From: Thermoanaerobaculia bacterium
GTDB taxonomy: Bacteria; Acidobacteriota; Thermoanaerobaculia; UBA5066; Gp7-AA6
Length of the DNA stretch: 55,699 nt
Assembly (NCBI GenBank): GCA_041483715.1
Contig: JBGPGG010000003.1
Span: 1 to 55,699, forward strand
Direction: 5' to 3'
This document shows, piece after piece, positions 36,920 through 44,746 of the stretch. The notes beneath the pieces were generated by a model, which searched no databases, was not told the DNA's origin, and saw only the letters and a program-made list of their open reading frames with translations. The position numbers and the translations under genes are program-made. Numbering within the stretch: the stretch's first letter is position 1; each line of letters begins with the position of its first letter.

Positions 36920-38839
36920 GTGAACGACCTTCCGGCGCGGCGTCCCGGCGGGAGCGCGCGGCTGCTGCTCTCGATCGCGTCGGTCGCGGGCTTCCTCGGT
37001 GTCTTCGCGATCGGCTTCCCTCCGGCCTCGCGCTCCCGGCTTCCCATCCTCGTCGTCGCCCTTGCCCTCGCTCTGCTCAGCGCATGGAAGCGGGAGCGGG
37101 GGCTCGTCGTCTTCGGATTTCTCTTTCCGCTGGCGGGCCTCGGGGACCGCCTCTTCGGCGGCGTGGACGCCATCGCCTGGCCCGTGCTTCTGTTCTCGGG
37201 GCTGGCGGCGGGGTGGACGTTCCGTTTTCTCTACGACTTCGAAGGCGTGCCGGACCCCTCGCGGGCCGACCGGACGCTGCGCGCCTTGCTGACCGTCTGG
37301 TCGCTCGCCGCCGCGCTCGCCGTCGTGCAGGCGCGCACTTTGTGGGCCCTTCTGTGCGGGCTCGCCCTGCGCGCGGTCAACGTGGAGGGCCTGCCCGACG
37401 CCGCCGCAATCCGGGGAAGCGTCCTCTCCTACGCCGTTCTCGCCGCGGGAGCCGCATTTTTCTTCCTGCTGCGCCGGGCCGGCCCCGCACAGCGCGAGCG
37501 GACCCTCCTCGCGGCCCTCGCCGGCGTCGCCGTCTCCGCGGCCGCGGCGGTCGCCGAGCGATGGGGGGTGGGTCCCGGCGAGATGAGCGGGTACTGGAAG
37601 GCCCTCGGCCGGTTGTCGGGCGGGGCGATGGATCCCAACGCGCTCGGGATCCTGTGCGGCCTCGGCGCCGTGGTCGCCGCGGACCTGGCGGTGGTCGCCG
37701 AAGGGCGCCGGCGCGTCTTCGCCGCCCTCTGCCTCGCGCTGATGGCGGCCGGGCTCGTCCTGTCGGGCTCCCGCAGCGGCGTCGCGCTCGCCGGCATGGG
37801 GATCTTCGCGCTTCTCCTCGCGCGCGGCCTCCGGGCGCGCGGCCGCGCAGCCGCTCTCATGTTCGGCACGGGCCTCGTCCTCGGCATCGCGCTCCTGCGT
37901 CTCTCCGATTCTCGGGGAAGCGCGGGCGCGCGTCTGGCCGAGATCTTCGACGGCAAGCTCCCCGTCGAATACCGCGCGTCGGCCCGGCCGGTGCTCTGGG
38001 CGAGCGCCGTGCGGCTCTTCGAGCGTCACCCCATCGAGGGAGCGGGCCTCGGTGCTTTTTTCTGGCAGCTTCCGAACCTGCTCGCCGAAGAGGGCCGTTC
38101 GCTCGGCCTTCGCGATAACCCGGGCAATGCGTACCTGCAGGCGCTCGCCGAGACGGGGGCGATCGGCCTGTTTCTGACGGCGGCCTTCGCGTTCGTGCTC
38201 GCGCGCGAGGGCTGGGCCGCCCTGCGCGACCCCGGGGCGCCGGCCCTGCGCGCTGGTGGCGGGGCGGCGGTGATCGCGTTTCTCGCCGTACTCTTGACCG
38301 GGTCCCACTGGTTCGCACCGGACGCCGCATTTCTTTTCTTTCTCCTCGCGGCCGTCACTGCGCGGCCGCAGATCGCGGACCGCTCGCGGTGGTCGGGACG
38401 GGCCCGGGCGCTCCTCGTGGCGGCTTACGCGGCGGCGGCGTTCTGGTCGGCGCTCGGCACGCTCGGGCCCGACGAGGCTTTCCGCTACCGCGCCCAGATC
38501 GGATTTCACGAGCGGGAAATCGGGCAGGGCGGCCCTTTCTTCTGGACCCGGCGGCGCTTCGCGATCCGCCTCGAGCCCGGGCAGACGGGGCGGATCTTGC
38601 TCGCTCACTTCACGCCCGAGGGCAGCAAGGTCGAGTTGACCGCGGAGGCCGACGGCCGGACGGTCTTCACTCGCGCGCTCGAGCCCGGAGAGGCCGCCCC
38701 CCTCCGGCTCTTCGCGGGCCCGGCGGGTCCCCGGGTCTTCCGGTTCACGCTGTCCCGCGCGTTCGTGCCTCGGCGTCTCGGGGTCTCGGGCGACCGCCGC
38801 GAGCTTGGCGTCGTCGCCGTGTTCCCGCCGGGAGGCTGA
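36920..38839 (+). CDS. O-antigen ligase (Wzy_C)-like polytopic membrane protein with a C-terminal soluble domain
   Basis: 639 aa, at least 10 TM helices. The ..LVLSGSRSGVALAGMGIFALLL.. and ..HPIEGAGLGAF.. segments are typical of O-antigen ligase/polymerase-family proteins. Confidence 0.75.
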   Translation: MNDLPARRPGGSARLLLSIASVAGFLGVFAIGFPPASRSRLPILVVALALALLSAWKRERGLVVFGFLFPLAGLGDRLFGGVDAIAWPVLLFSGLAAGWTFRFLYDFEGVPDPSRADRTLRALLTVWSLAAALAVVQARTLWALLCGLALRAVNVEGLPDAAAIRGSVLSYAVLAAGAAFFFLLRRAGPAQRERTLLAALAGVAVSAAAAVAERWGVGPGEMSGYWKALGRLSGGAMDPNALGILCGLGAVVAADLAVVAEGRRRVFAALCLALMAAGLVLSGSRSGVALAGMGIFALLLARGLRARGRAAALMFGTGLVLGIALLRLSDSRGSAGARLAEIFDGKLPVEYRASARPVLWASAVRLFERHPIEGAGLGAFFWQLPNLLAEEGRSLGLRDNPGNAYLQALAETGAIGLFLTAAFAFVLAREGWAALRDPGAPALRAGGGAAVIAFLAVLLTGSHWFAPDAAFLFFLLAAVTARPQIADRSRWSGRARALLVAAYAAAAFWSALGTLGPDEAFRYRAQIGFHEREIGQGGPFFWTRRRFAIRLEPGQTGRILLAHFTPEGSKVELTAEADGRTVFTRALEPGEAAPLRLFAGPAGPRVFRFTLSRAFVPRRLGVSGDRRELGVVAVFPPGG

Positions 38840-38840
38840 C

Positions 38841-39833
38841 GTGGAATTCCAGTTCCATCCCGCGTCCCGCCGCGCAGCCGTGCGGAGTGTCGTGCTCGGC
38901 GAAAGGGGTGAGAGGGCGGCGATCGCGGCGGCCGGCCTCGTTTCCGTCATGGCAGTGTCCCTGTGGATCACCGTGCCCGCGGTTCTTTCCCGGGCCGTCC
39001 GCGCGCGGCAATCGGCCTCGATCGCTCAGACCACGGCCGCCGTGCAGAAGGACCGCCGCGACCTCGAGGCCCGTGCCGCCGGGATGCGGGAGAGGGCGCT
39101 CGACGCGGGAGACCTCGTCAGCCGCGCGGCCTTCCTCTACCGGGTGGCGCCGGCGCTCTGGCCGCACAGCCTGAACCCCGAGGCGGGCGTGCTCGCGACG
39201 AGCGATCCCGAGCTGCTGGTCCCGGGGCTCGCGCGGTACCTGTCCGGTCTCGAACGGGGCCTCGGGCTCGTCGCCGGGCGGGAGGCGGCCGATCCGGCGC
39301 TCGCCGCGGCGACGCCATCCATTCTGCCGCTCGCATCCGATCTCGTGGAGCCGGCCGTGCGCTTCGGTCCGCGGGTTTCGCCCTGGACCGGGAGCGAGGA
39401 GTTTTTCGCCGGGATGGATCTCGCAGCGCCCGCGGGCGCTCCCGTCGTCGCCCCGGCGGCCGGCACGGTCGTCTTCGCGGGCCGGGTCCCGGCCTCCATG
39501 AATTCGCGACTCTGGAGGTTCGGCAACCTCGTCGTGCTCTGGCACGGTCCCGCCGGCGCGACGGCCTTCGGTCACCTGGCGAAGGTCGACGTGCGCCGCG
39601 GCGAGCGCGTGCGCCGCGGCTCCAGGCTCGGCACGGTCGGATCGAGCGGCTGGACGATGTCGCCGGGGCTGCACTACGAGTTCTGGAGACCCGGCCCGGA
39701 CGGGCTTTCGCCGACCGATCCGCGGTTCGCGATGCTCGATCTGCGCCTGGCCGGCCACGATGTTTCGCTGGAAAAGATGTTGGCGACGTCCGCCCCGGCG
39801 CCGCTCGAGCCGCTGCCGGGGACCGGCCGGTAG
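38841..39833 (+). CDS. M23-family metallopeptidase (membrane-anchored)
   Basis: GTG 38841 is preceded by GGGAGG. N-terminal TM helix. ..F.GMDLAAPAGAPVVAPAAGTVVFAG.. and ..GSSGW...PGLHYEFW are M23 motifs. Confidence 0.85.
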   Translation: MEFQFHPASRRAAVRSVVLGERGERAAIAAAGLVSVMAVSLWITVPAVLSRAVRARQSASIAQTTAAVQKDRRDLEARAAGMRERALDAGDLVSRAAFLYRVAPALWPHSLNPEAGVLATSDPELLVPGLARYLSGLERGLGLVAGREAADPALAAATPSILPLASDLVEPAVRFGPRVSPWTGSEEFFAGMDLAAPAGAPVVAPAAGTVVFAGRVPASMNSRLWRFGNLVVLWHGPAGATAFGHLAKVDVRRGERVRRGSRLGTVGSSGWTMSPGLHYEFWRPGPDGLSPTDPRFAMLDLRLAGHDVSLEKMLATSAPAPLEPLPGTGR

Positions 39834-39835
39834 CG

Positions 39836-40555
39836 CTACCGGCCCTGGCTCGAGCGGTCTCGCCCGGCGCGCTTGCCTTCGTAGAGGGCGCGGTCGGCGC
39901 TCTCGAAGAGGTTCTCGTCGATCGCCCCGGCGCCCGTCGCGACGCCGATCGTGACCGAGACCGACCGCCGGTCCGCCCCGTGCGACAGCGGCTCCCGGCG
40001 CAGCCTCTCGAGGATCGCCTCCGCCTGGCGCTGGGCGGCCGCCGCGTCGGCCCCCGGCATCAGCAGCGCAAACTCGTCGCCGCCCCAGCGCGCGGCCATG
40101 TCGTCGTCCCGCTTGCATTCGGCCAGCACTCTGGCGACATGCAGGAGAGCGGCACTCCCGAAGGCGTGCCCGAAGGTGTCGTTGATCGACTTGAGCCGAT
40201 CGACGTCGATCACGAGCAGGGAGATTGGCTCTCGAAAACGGGCTGCGTGCTCGACGGCACGGCGGTAGCGTCCGAGGAAGGTCCGCGCGTTGGCGAGGCC
40301 CGTCAGCGAGTCCCGCTCGGAGAGGTCGCGGTAGCGGTCGCGGCCCCGCCGGAGAAGGTCCGCGCGCCTTCCGACCAGAAATCCCGCCGACCCGAACACG
40401 AGACAGGATCCCAGCAGCTCGTACTGGTAGAAGAATACGTTCGTGCGAAGCTCTGCGAGGGGGTCTGCAACCCCTCCGAGAAGCCGGAGCGCGAGAGCTC
40501 CGGCCGGTGCTCCGACGCCGAGCAGGGCGCCGAGAAAGGCGTACCGCCAGGCCAA
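39836..40555 (-). CDS. Diguanylate cyclase (2 TM + GGDEF domain)
   Basis: 239 aa. ..RDSLTGLANARTF.., ..LLVIDVDRLKSINDTFGH..G.. and an intact GGDEF motif (ARWGGDEFALLMPG). TTG start as given in the ORF track. Confidence 0.88.
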   Translation of the reverse strand: MAWRYAFLGALLGVGAPAGALALRLLGGVADPLAELRTNVFFYQYELLGSCLVFGSAGFLVGRRADLLRRGRDRYRDLSERDSLTGLANARTFLGRYRRAVEHAARFREPISLLVIDVDRLKSINDTFGHAFGSAALLHVARVLAECKRDDDMAARWGGDEFALLMPGADAAAAQRQAEAILERLRREPLSHGADRRSVSVTIGVATGAGAIDENLFESADRALYEGKRAGRDRSSQGR

Positions 40556-40704
40556 CGGAATCGTCGGCGGCGGGGCGGGGGGTGGAGGAGGATCGGGCAG
40601 GTCGATGGGCAGCTCGAGCTGAAACGGATCGGCCTCGGGAGCGCCGGGGCTCTCCGCTCGCGCGTCGGGGGGAAGGGCGTCTCTGGCCGTGATGCGATTG
40701 TCTC

Positions 40705-40947
40705 ATGCCCATTCCGACGGCTGGCGTTATGCTCGATCCAGCAGTGACCGAGACGTTCGACGTTGCCGTCGCCTACGCGCGCTGGAAGCGCTCGGTGGAT
40801 CTGCTCATGCGCGAGGTGGTCTGGCGACGCGAGGCCCGGGCGCGCGAAGGCGAGCGAGCGCGTGCCGAGAAGCGGGTCCGCAACCTGCGCCGCATCGTGC
40901 GCCGCGCGCTCGCGGAATACAGCCGGATCCAGATCGGCCGGCAGTAG
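40705..40947 (+). CDS. Hypothetical small basic protein (80 aa; ATG 40729 is an alternative start)
   Basis: High third-position GC, consistent with coding. Arg-rich predicted helix. No recognisable family. Weak call. Confidence 0.35.
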   Translation: MPIPTAGVMLDPAVTETFDVAVAYARWKRSVDLLMREVVWRREARAREGERARAEKRVRNLRRIVRRALAEYSRIQIGRQ

Positions 40948-40973
40948 GCCGCCGCAACGCCGATTCGGACGTC

Positions 40974-41435
40974 TCAGCGGCGGCCGGCCAGCCTCGCATC
41001 GAGCGCGAACCTCTCGGGACGCCCGGCGCGAATCGTGACGAAATCTGGGTGTCGGGGATTGAACAGGACGTTCCGTTCGCCGGGAACCACCGCGGAGGGG
41101 ACTGATAGGACCGCCGAGGCCACGTCCTTTGCCCATAGGTCTCCGATCCGCGCGAGCGATTCGGGGGCCGGATGGCGCCTCCAGGATCGCGGAAGCTCCG
41201 CGATCTCGATGCGACGCAGGGCCAGCCCGTCGGGGATCTCGATCGCGATCGCGACGAGGTCGTCGGGCAGCAGCGCTGGATCGCAGTGCACGAGCAGCTC
41301 GAGGACTGCCAGCGACAGGCTGTCCGAAGCGTAGATGGCCGTAGTGCCCCGGCTGTTCCAGCGGCCCCCGGCGAGCCTGGCGCCTTCGCCGTCGAGCGCA
41401 GCGTGCCTGCGCTTGCAGAGGCGCCAGACCTTCAC
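40974..41435 (-). CDS. RES-domain toxin (NAD+-targeting type II toxin family)
   Basis: 153 aa. ..GEGARLAGGRWNSRGTTAIYASDSLSLAVLELLVH.. carries the R..E..S signature. It is paired with an upstream Xre/DUF2384-type gene. Confidence 0.88.
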   Translation of the reverse strand: MKVWRLCKRRHAALDGEGARLAGGRWNSRGTTAIYASDSLSLAVLELLVHCDPALLPDDLVAIAIEIPDGLALRRIEIAELPRSWRRHPAPESLARIGDLWAKDVASAVLSVPSAVVPGERNVLFNPRHPDFVTIRAGRPERFALDARLAGRR

Positions 41436-41441
41436 GATCCG

Positions 41442-41885
41442 CTATCCGACGACGCCGTGGGCGAGGCGCAGGAGGGCGGACTCGACCTGCTCCGCGCCGA
41501 GGTCGGTATCGAGCTGCGACAGGGGTGTCGCGCCCCCGAGGGAGCGGTTGCCGGCGTGCAGCCACGCCGAAGCTTTCGCCCGCGTGCCGAGGACGTCCTC
41601 CGCGAGCGCCGCGAGGCGGCCGAGGCGGAAGAGCCGGTCCGACTCCTCCGGCGAGAGCCGGCGCTCTTTCTTGCGGCGGGCGAGCGTGCGCGCAGGGATT
41701 CCCAGGATGGATGCGACGGTCGGGCCCTCGATCTCGAATCCGGAGGCGACCGCCGAGAGCGAGGCGTAGGGGAGGCCCGCGCGCAGCGCTTCGCGCAGCT
41801 GCTCGAAGGTCCTCGCTGGGACGAGACCCGAACCTCCGAGCGCGTGGACGATGTCGGAAATATCTCCCAAGGGGCCTCCTGCCAT
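41442..41885 (-). CDS. Xre-like antitoxin (DUF2384/MbcA-ParS family) of the RES toxin
   Basis: ATG 41885 (MAGGPLGDISDIV..). C-terminal ..WLHAGNRSLGGATPLSQLDTDLGAEQVESALLRLAHGV is the typical antitoxin-Xre C-terminal domain. Confidence 0.85.
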   Translation of the reverse strand: MAGGPLGDISDIVHALGGSGLVPARTFEQLREALRAGLPYASLSAVASGFEIEGPTVASILGIPARTLARRKKERRLSPEESDRLFRLGRLAALAEDVLGTRAKASAWLHAGNRSLGGATPLSQLDTDLGAEQVESALLRLAHGVVG

Positions 41886-41914
41886 ATGACAAGTCGAATT
41901 ATGCCATATGGCAT
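41881..41914 (-). promoter_or_regulatory. Candidate operator of the Xre-RES operon: perfect 14-bp palindrome ATGCCATATGGCAT plus a half-site over the start codon
   Basis: Palindrome at 41901-41914. GCCATATG recurs at 41881-41888, overlapping the start codon. A CATAAT -10-like hexamer (minus strand) lies within the palindrome edge. Confidence 0.5.
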
Positions 41915-41979
41915 TGGAGGACGGGAGCGCCGCCGAGGTCATGCCCCAGCATGGCGCGGGAGACGGGACAGATTCGATC

Positions 41980-43155
41980 CTAGCGAGGGTAGCGGCGGAC
42001 GCGCTCGCGATGCGCGGCGAGGCGGGCGAGGACGTCCGCGAGGCGGTCGCCGCCCGTCAGGTCGAGCAGCGCGTCGCTGAGGACGAAGGCGAGCATGGCT
42101 TCCGCGATGACACCGCAGGCCGGCACGGCGGTCACGTCGCTCCTCTCGTAGGCGGAGCGCGCGGGTTCGCCCGTGTCGAGGTCGACCGAGTCGAGCCCGC
42201 GGGCGAGCGTGGAGAGGGGTTTCATGTAGACGACGGCGAGGATGTCCTCGCCGTTTGTCACGCCCGCCTCGAGGCCGCCGGCCCGGTTCGTGCGGCGGCG
42301 CAGCGCGCCGTCTTCGCCCTTCTCGATCTCGTCATGCGCCGCCGAGCCGGGGCCGCAAGAGGCCTCGATCGCCGAGCCGAACTCGACGGCCTTGACGGCG
42401 GGAACCGAGAGGAGGGCCTGGCCGATGCGGCCGTCGAGCTTGCGGTCCCAGGACGCGTACGTGCCGAGCCCCGCCGGCACGCCGCGCGCGCCGAGGAGGA
42501 TCGATCCGCCGAGCGTCTCGCCCGCCTTCTTTGCCTCGTCGACGGCTTCGACCATCTTCTGCTCGAGTGCGGCGTCGATCGCCCGAAGCGGAGAGTCTTC
42601 GCGGACCTTTGCGAGCGAAACGAAGGAGCGCGGCGATCGCGTGTCGGCGACGGCGCCGAGCGACAGCACGCCGCTGCGCAGGGCGATGCCGCACTCCCGG
42701 AGGAGCAGCTTGCACACCGCGCCCGCGGCCACCCGGGCCGCCGACTCGCGCGCCGAGGCGCGTTCGAGGACGTCGCGCAGATCGCTCGCCCCGTACTTCA
42801 TGCCGCCGGCGAGGTCCGCGTGCCCCGGACGGGGACGCATCAGGCGCTTTGCCGCCGCGGCCTCCGGGTCGATCGTCAGCGGGCCCATGACGTCGGCCCA
42901 GTTGGCGTGGTCGCGGTTCAGGATCCCGATCGCGATGGGCGAGCCGAGCGTCACGCCGCCTCGGACGCCGCCTTCGAAGAGCGCCACGTCCTTCTCGATC
43001 TTCATCCGCCCGCCCCGCCCGTAGCCGTGCTGCCGCCGGGCGAGTTCGCGGCCGACGAAGTCCGGGTCGATCCGAAGCCCGGCCGGCATCCCTTCCAGGA
43101 TCGCCGTCAGGCGCGGGCCGTGCGATTCGCCGGCGGTGGTGAGGCGGAGGGGCAC
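41980..43155 (-). CDS. aroC: Chorismate synthase
   Basis: 391 aa. ..LTTAGESHGP.L.AI.EG.PAGL.I......EL.RRQ.GYGRG.RM.IE.D.. and further AroC signatures are present. Confidence 0.94.
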   Translation of the reverse strand: MPLRLTTAGESHGPRLTAILEGMPAGLRIDPDFVGRELARRQHGYGRGGRMKIEKDVALFEGGVRGGVTLGSPIAIGILNRDHANWADVMGPLTIDPEAAAAKRLMRPRPGHADLAGGMKYGASDLRDVLERASARESAARVAAGAVCKLLLRECGIALRSGVLSLGAVADTRSPRSFVSLAKVREDSPLRAIDAALEQKMVEAVDEAKKAGETLGGSILLGARGVPAGLGTYASWDRKLDGRIGQALLSVPAVKAVEFGSAIEASCGPGSAAHDEIEKGEDGALRRRTNRAGGLEAGVTNGEDILAVVYMKPLSTLARGLDSVDLDTGEPARSAYERSDVTAVPACGVIAEAMLAFVLSDALLDLTGGDRLADVLARLAAHRERVRRYPR

Positions 43156-43167
43156 GGGGTGAGTCTA
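43156..43167 (-). promoter_or_regulatory. Candidate -10 (TAGACT) 6 nt before the aroC GTG; leaderless-type geometry
   Basis: The minus strand reads TAGACTcaccccGTG. The hexamer is at 43162-43167. No SD. Confidence 0.4.
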
Positions 43168-43262
43168 TCCATGTCGTGCCTTGCGAGTCACTGCGGTGAC
43201 TTGAAAGGGATCCTTCGGCACTGCGCGCCTCAGGATGACGGGCGACGGCTTTGCTTCGCCCG

Positions 43263-43610
43263 TTACTGGGGTATCAACCCCTCCAGCGCATTCGGTGTAG
43301 CGAGCGTGGCGTACGACTCCTCGGCCGTTGCGGCCGGCTTGCTGGCGCTCTCGAGCGCGAGGCCGGTGAAGAAGAAGAAGAGTGCCGCGGCGGCGGCCGC
43401 CAGCCAGAAGCGGCTCCGCGAGCGCCGTGCGTCGTCGCGCCCCAGGTTCCCGAGGACGGCCGCGACGAATCGATTGTCCGCCGCCGCCGGCGCCTCGCGA
43501 AGGGGAAGGCTTCTCCACGCCGCGGCGATGCGCGCGTCGGCGCGGCAAGCGGGGCAGACGAAGAGGTGGCCCTCGTCGGCGCGGCGGGCGAGGCATTCCT
43601 TGCGGCTCAT
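43263..43610 (-). CDS. ZAS-type anti-sigma factor (single TM)
   Basis: 115 aa. HxxxCxxC (HLFVCPAC), a TM helix (..FWLAAAAAALFFFFTGLAL..), and a 4-nt overlap with the upstream ECF sigma gene. Confidence 0.75.
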   Translation of the reverse strand: MSRKECLARRADEGHLFVCPACRADARIAAAWRSLPLREAPAAADNRFVAAVLGNLGRDDARRSRSRFWLAAAAAALFFFFTGLALESASKPAATAEESYATLATPNALEGLIPQ

Positions 43611-44152
43611 GGTCTCTCCTTCTCGAATCGGGCGCGAATCTTCCGACGGGCCCGGTGCATCCGGACCCGCACGGCCGTGACGCTGATCTCGAAGCCCTGC
43701 GCGATCTCCCGGTCGGAGACTCCCTCAATCTCGCGCGCGATCATGATTTCGCGGTCGAGCGGTGAGAGCGCCGCCAGCGCGGCGCGCAGCAGATCGGTGT
43801 CTTCCTGGCGCGCCTCCTCGTTGCCCGGCGCGGGCTGCGCTTCGGGCAAGGGCGACTCGGGGCGGCGCCGGCGCACCAGGTCGATGGCGCACCGGATCGC
43901 GATCGTGCGCACCCACGAGCGGAAGTTCGATTGCGGCCGGTAGCGGTCGAGCGCGCGGAAGGCCTTCAGGAAGGCCTCCTGCGCGGCATCCTCGGCGAGG
44001 CTGGTGTCTGCCGTGATGCGCCGCGCGGCGCGGATCGCGATGGGCGCGGCCAGGCGCACGAGGGCGGCGACGGCATCCTGGTCGCCGCGGCGCGCCCGCG
44101 CGACGAGGAGGTCCTCGTCGCCGGGCGCTCCCGGAGCAGCAACGGCGGAAAT
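43607..44152 (-). CDS. ECF-family RNA polymerase sigma factor (start codon uncertain)
   Basis: Region 2 (..DEDLLVARARRGDQDAVAALV.....IAIRAARRIT.D.SLAEDAAQEAFLKAFRALDRY..FRSWV.TIA.R.AIDL.RRRR) and region 4 (..REIEGVSDREIAQGFEISVTAVRVRMHRARRKI). No ATG/GTG/TTG lies upstream of the conserved N-terminus. In-frame ATT 44152 or CTG 44167 are candidates; the first canonical start is GTG 44059. Confidence 0.8.
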   Translation of the reverse strand: MSAVAAPGAPGDEDLLVARARRGDQDAVAALVRLAAPIAIRAARRITADTSLAEDAAQEAFLKAFRALDRYRPQSNFRSWVRTIAIRCAIDLVRRRRPESPLPEAQPAPGNEEARQEDTDLLRAALAALSPLDREIMIAREIEGVSDREIAQGFEISVTAVRVRMHRARRKIRARFEKERP

Positions 44153-44163
44153 CGAAAGCGCCC

Positions 44164-44667
44164 TCAGCTCTCGCCCCGCAGGAAGGCGCCGAGGGAATCG
44201 AGCTCTTTGTCGCCATGCCGTCCCATCCTGGTGTGGAACTCCGCGAATTTCTGCTGCTGCTCGGTCGAGAGGATCGGCCAGACTTCCGACCGGATCTTCG
44301 CGAAGAGCAGGGCCCCGTCTCCGTGCACCGCGCCCATCTGCTGCGCGAGGGCGCGGATCGCCGCGTCGTCCGTCGGCTGCGTCATGACGGCCTCGTGCAG
44401 GGCGCGCCGCGCGTCCATGCCCGCCCGCACCTGGACCAGGATTTCGTCCGCGTGCGACTTGAGGATAGCGCGGACCCGGGCCTGCTCCGCCTCGGTCAGG
44501 TCGAGGTCGCGGGAGATGCGCTCGAACATGTGCGCGGCGCGGGGGCCGTGCAGGAAGCCGGGGCCCATCTGGCGGCCGAGGAGCCTTCCGGCGAAGAGTC
44601 CCGTGAAGGCCAGGACGCCGACCCCGGCTGCAATCAAGATGGAGCGGCGGATTTTCTGGATGCTCAT
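44164..44667 (-). CDS. Periplasmic Spy/CpxP-like (LTxxQ-repeat, 'heavy-metal sensor' type) protein
   Basis: 167 aa. N-terminal signal/anchor, two L(T/S)xxQ motifs (LTEAEQ, LSTEQQ), helical. First gene of a three-gene operon with the ECF sigma and anti-sigma genes. SD AGGAGG. Confidence 0.7.
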   Translation of the reverse strand: MSIQKIRRSILIAAGVGVLAFTGLFAGRLLGRQMGPGFLHGPRAAHMFERISRDLDLTEAEQARVRAILKSHADEILVQVRAGMDARRALHEAVMTQPTDDAAIRALAQQMGAVHGDGALLFAKIRSEVWPILSTEQQQKFAEFHTRMGRHGDKELDSLGAFLRGES

Positions 44668-44734
44668 CGGATACCTCCTGTTCCTCTGTGTAAACGAGCG
44701 CCTGGCGGGAAAGATTACTCCCTGGCGGACGGGC

Positions 44735-44746
44735 TAAACTCGGCCC
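44735..44746 (+). promoter_or_regulatory. Candidate -10 (TAAACT) 6 nt before the GTG of the helicase gene; leaderless-type geometry
   Basis: TAAACT at 44735-44740, spacer cggccc, GTG 44747. No SD. Confidence 0.4.

Noticed and set aside
33613-37173. Very long antisense ORFs opposite real genes. Examples: 33613..37173 (-) opposite carB; 49732..53190 (-) opposite phoH/HD; 36797..38971 (-); 5068..6957 (-); 4398..7013 (+); 41908..43680 (+); and the 5' two-thirds of 16537..20520 (+).
   Set aside because: Their translations are Arg/Pro/Gly/Ala-rich low-complexity sequence with no motifs. They overlap genes that have unambiguous homology on the other strand or frame. Such shadow ORFs are expected in GC-rich DNA because stop codons are rare.
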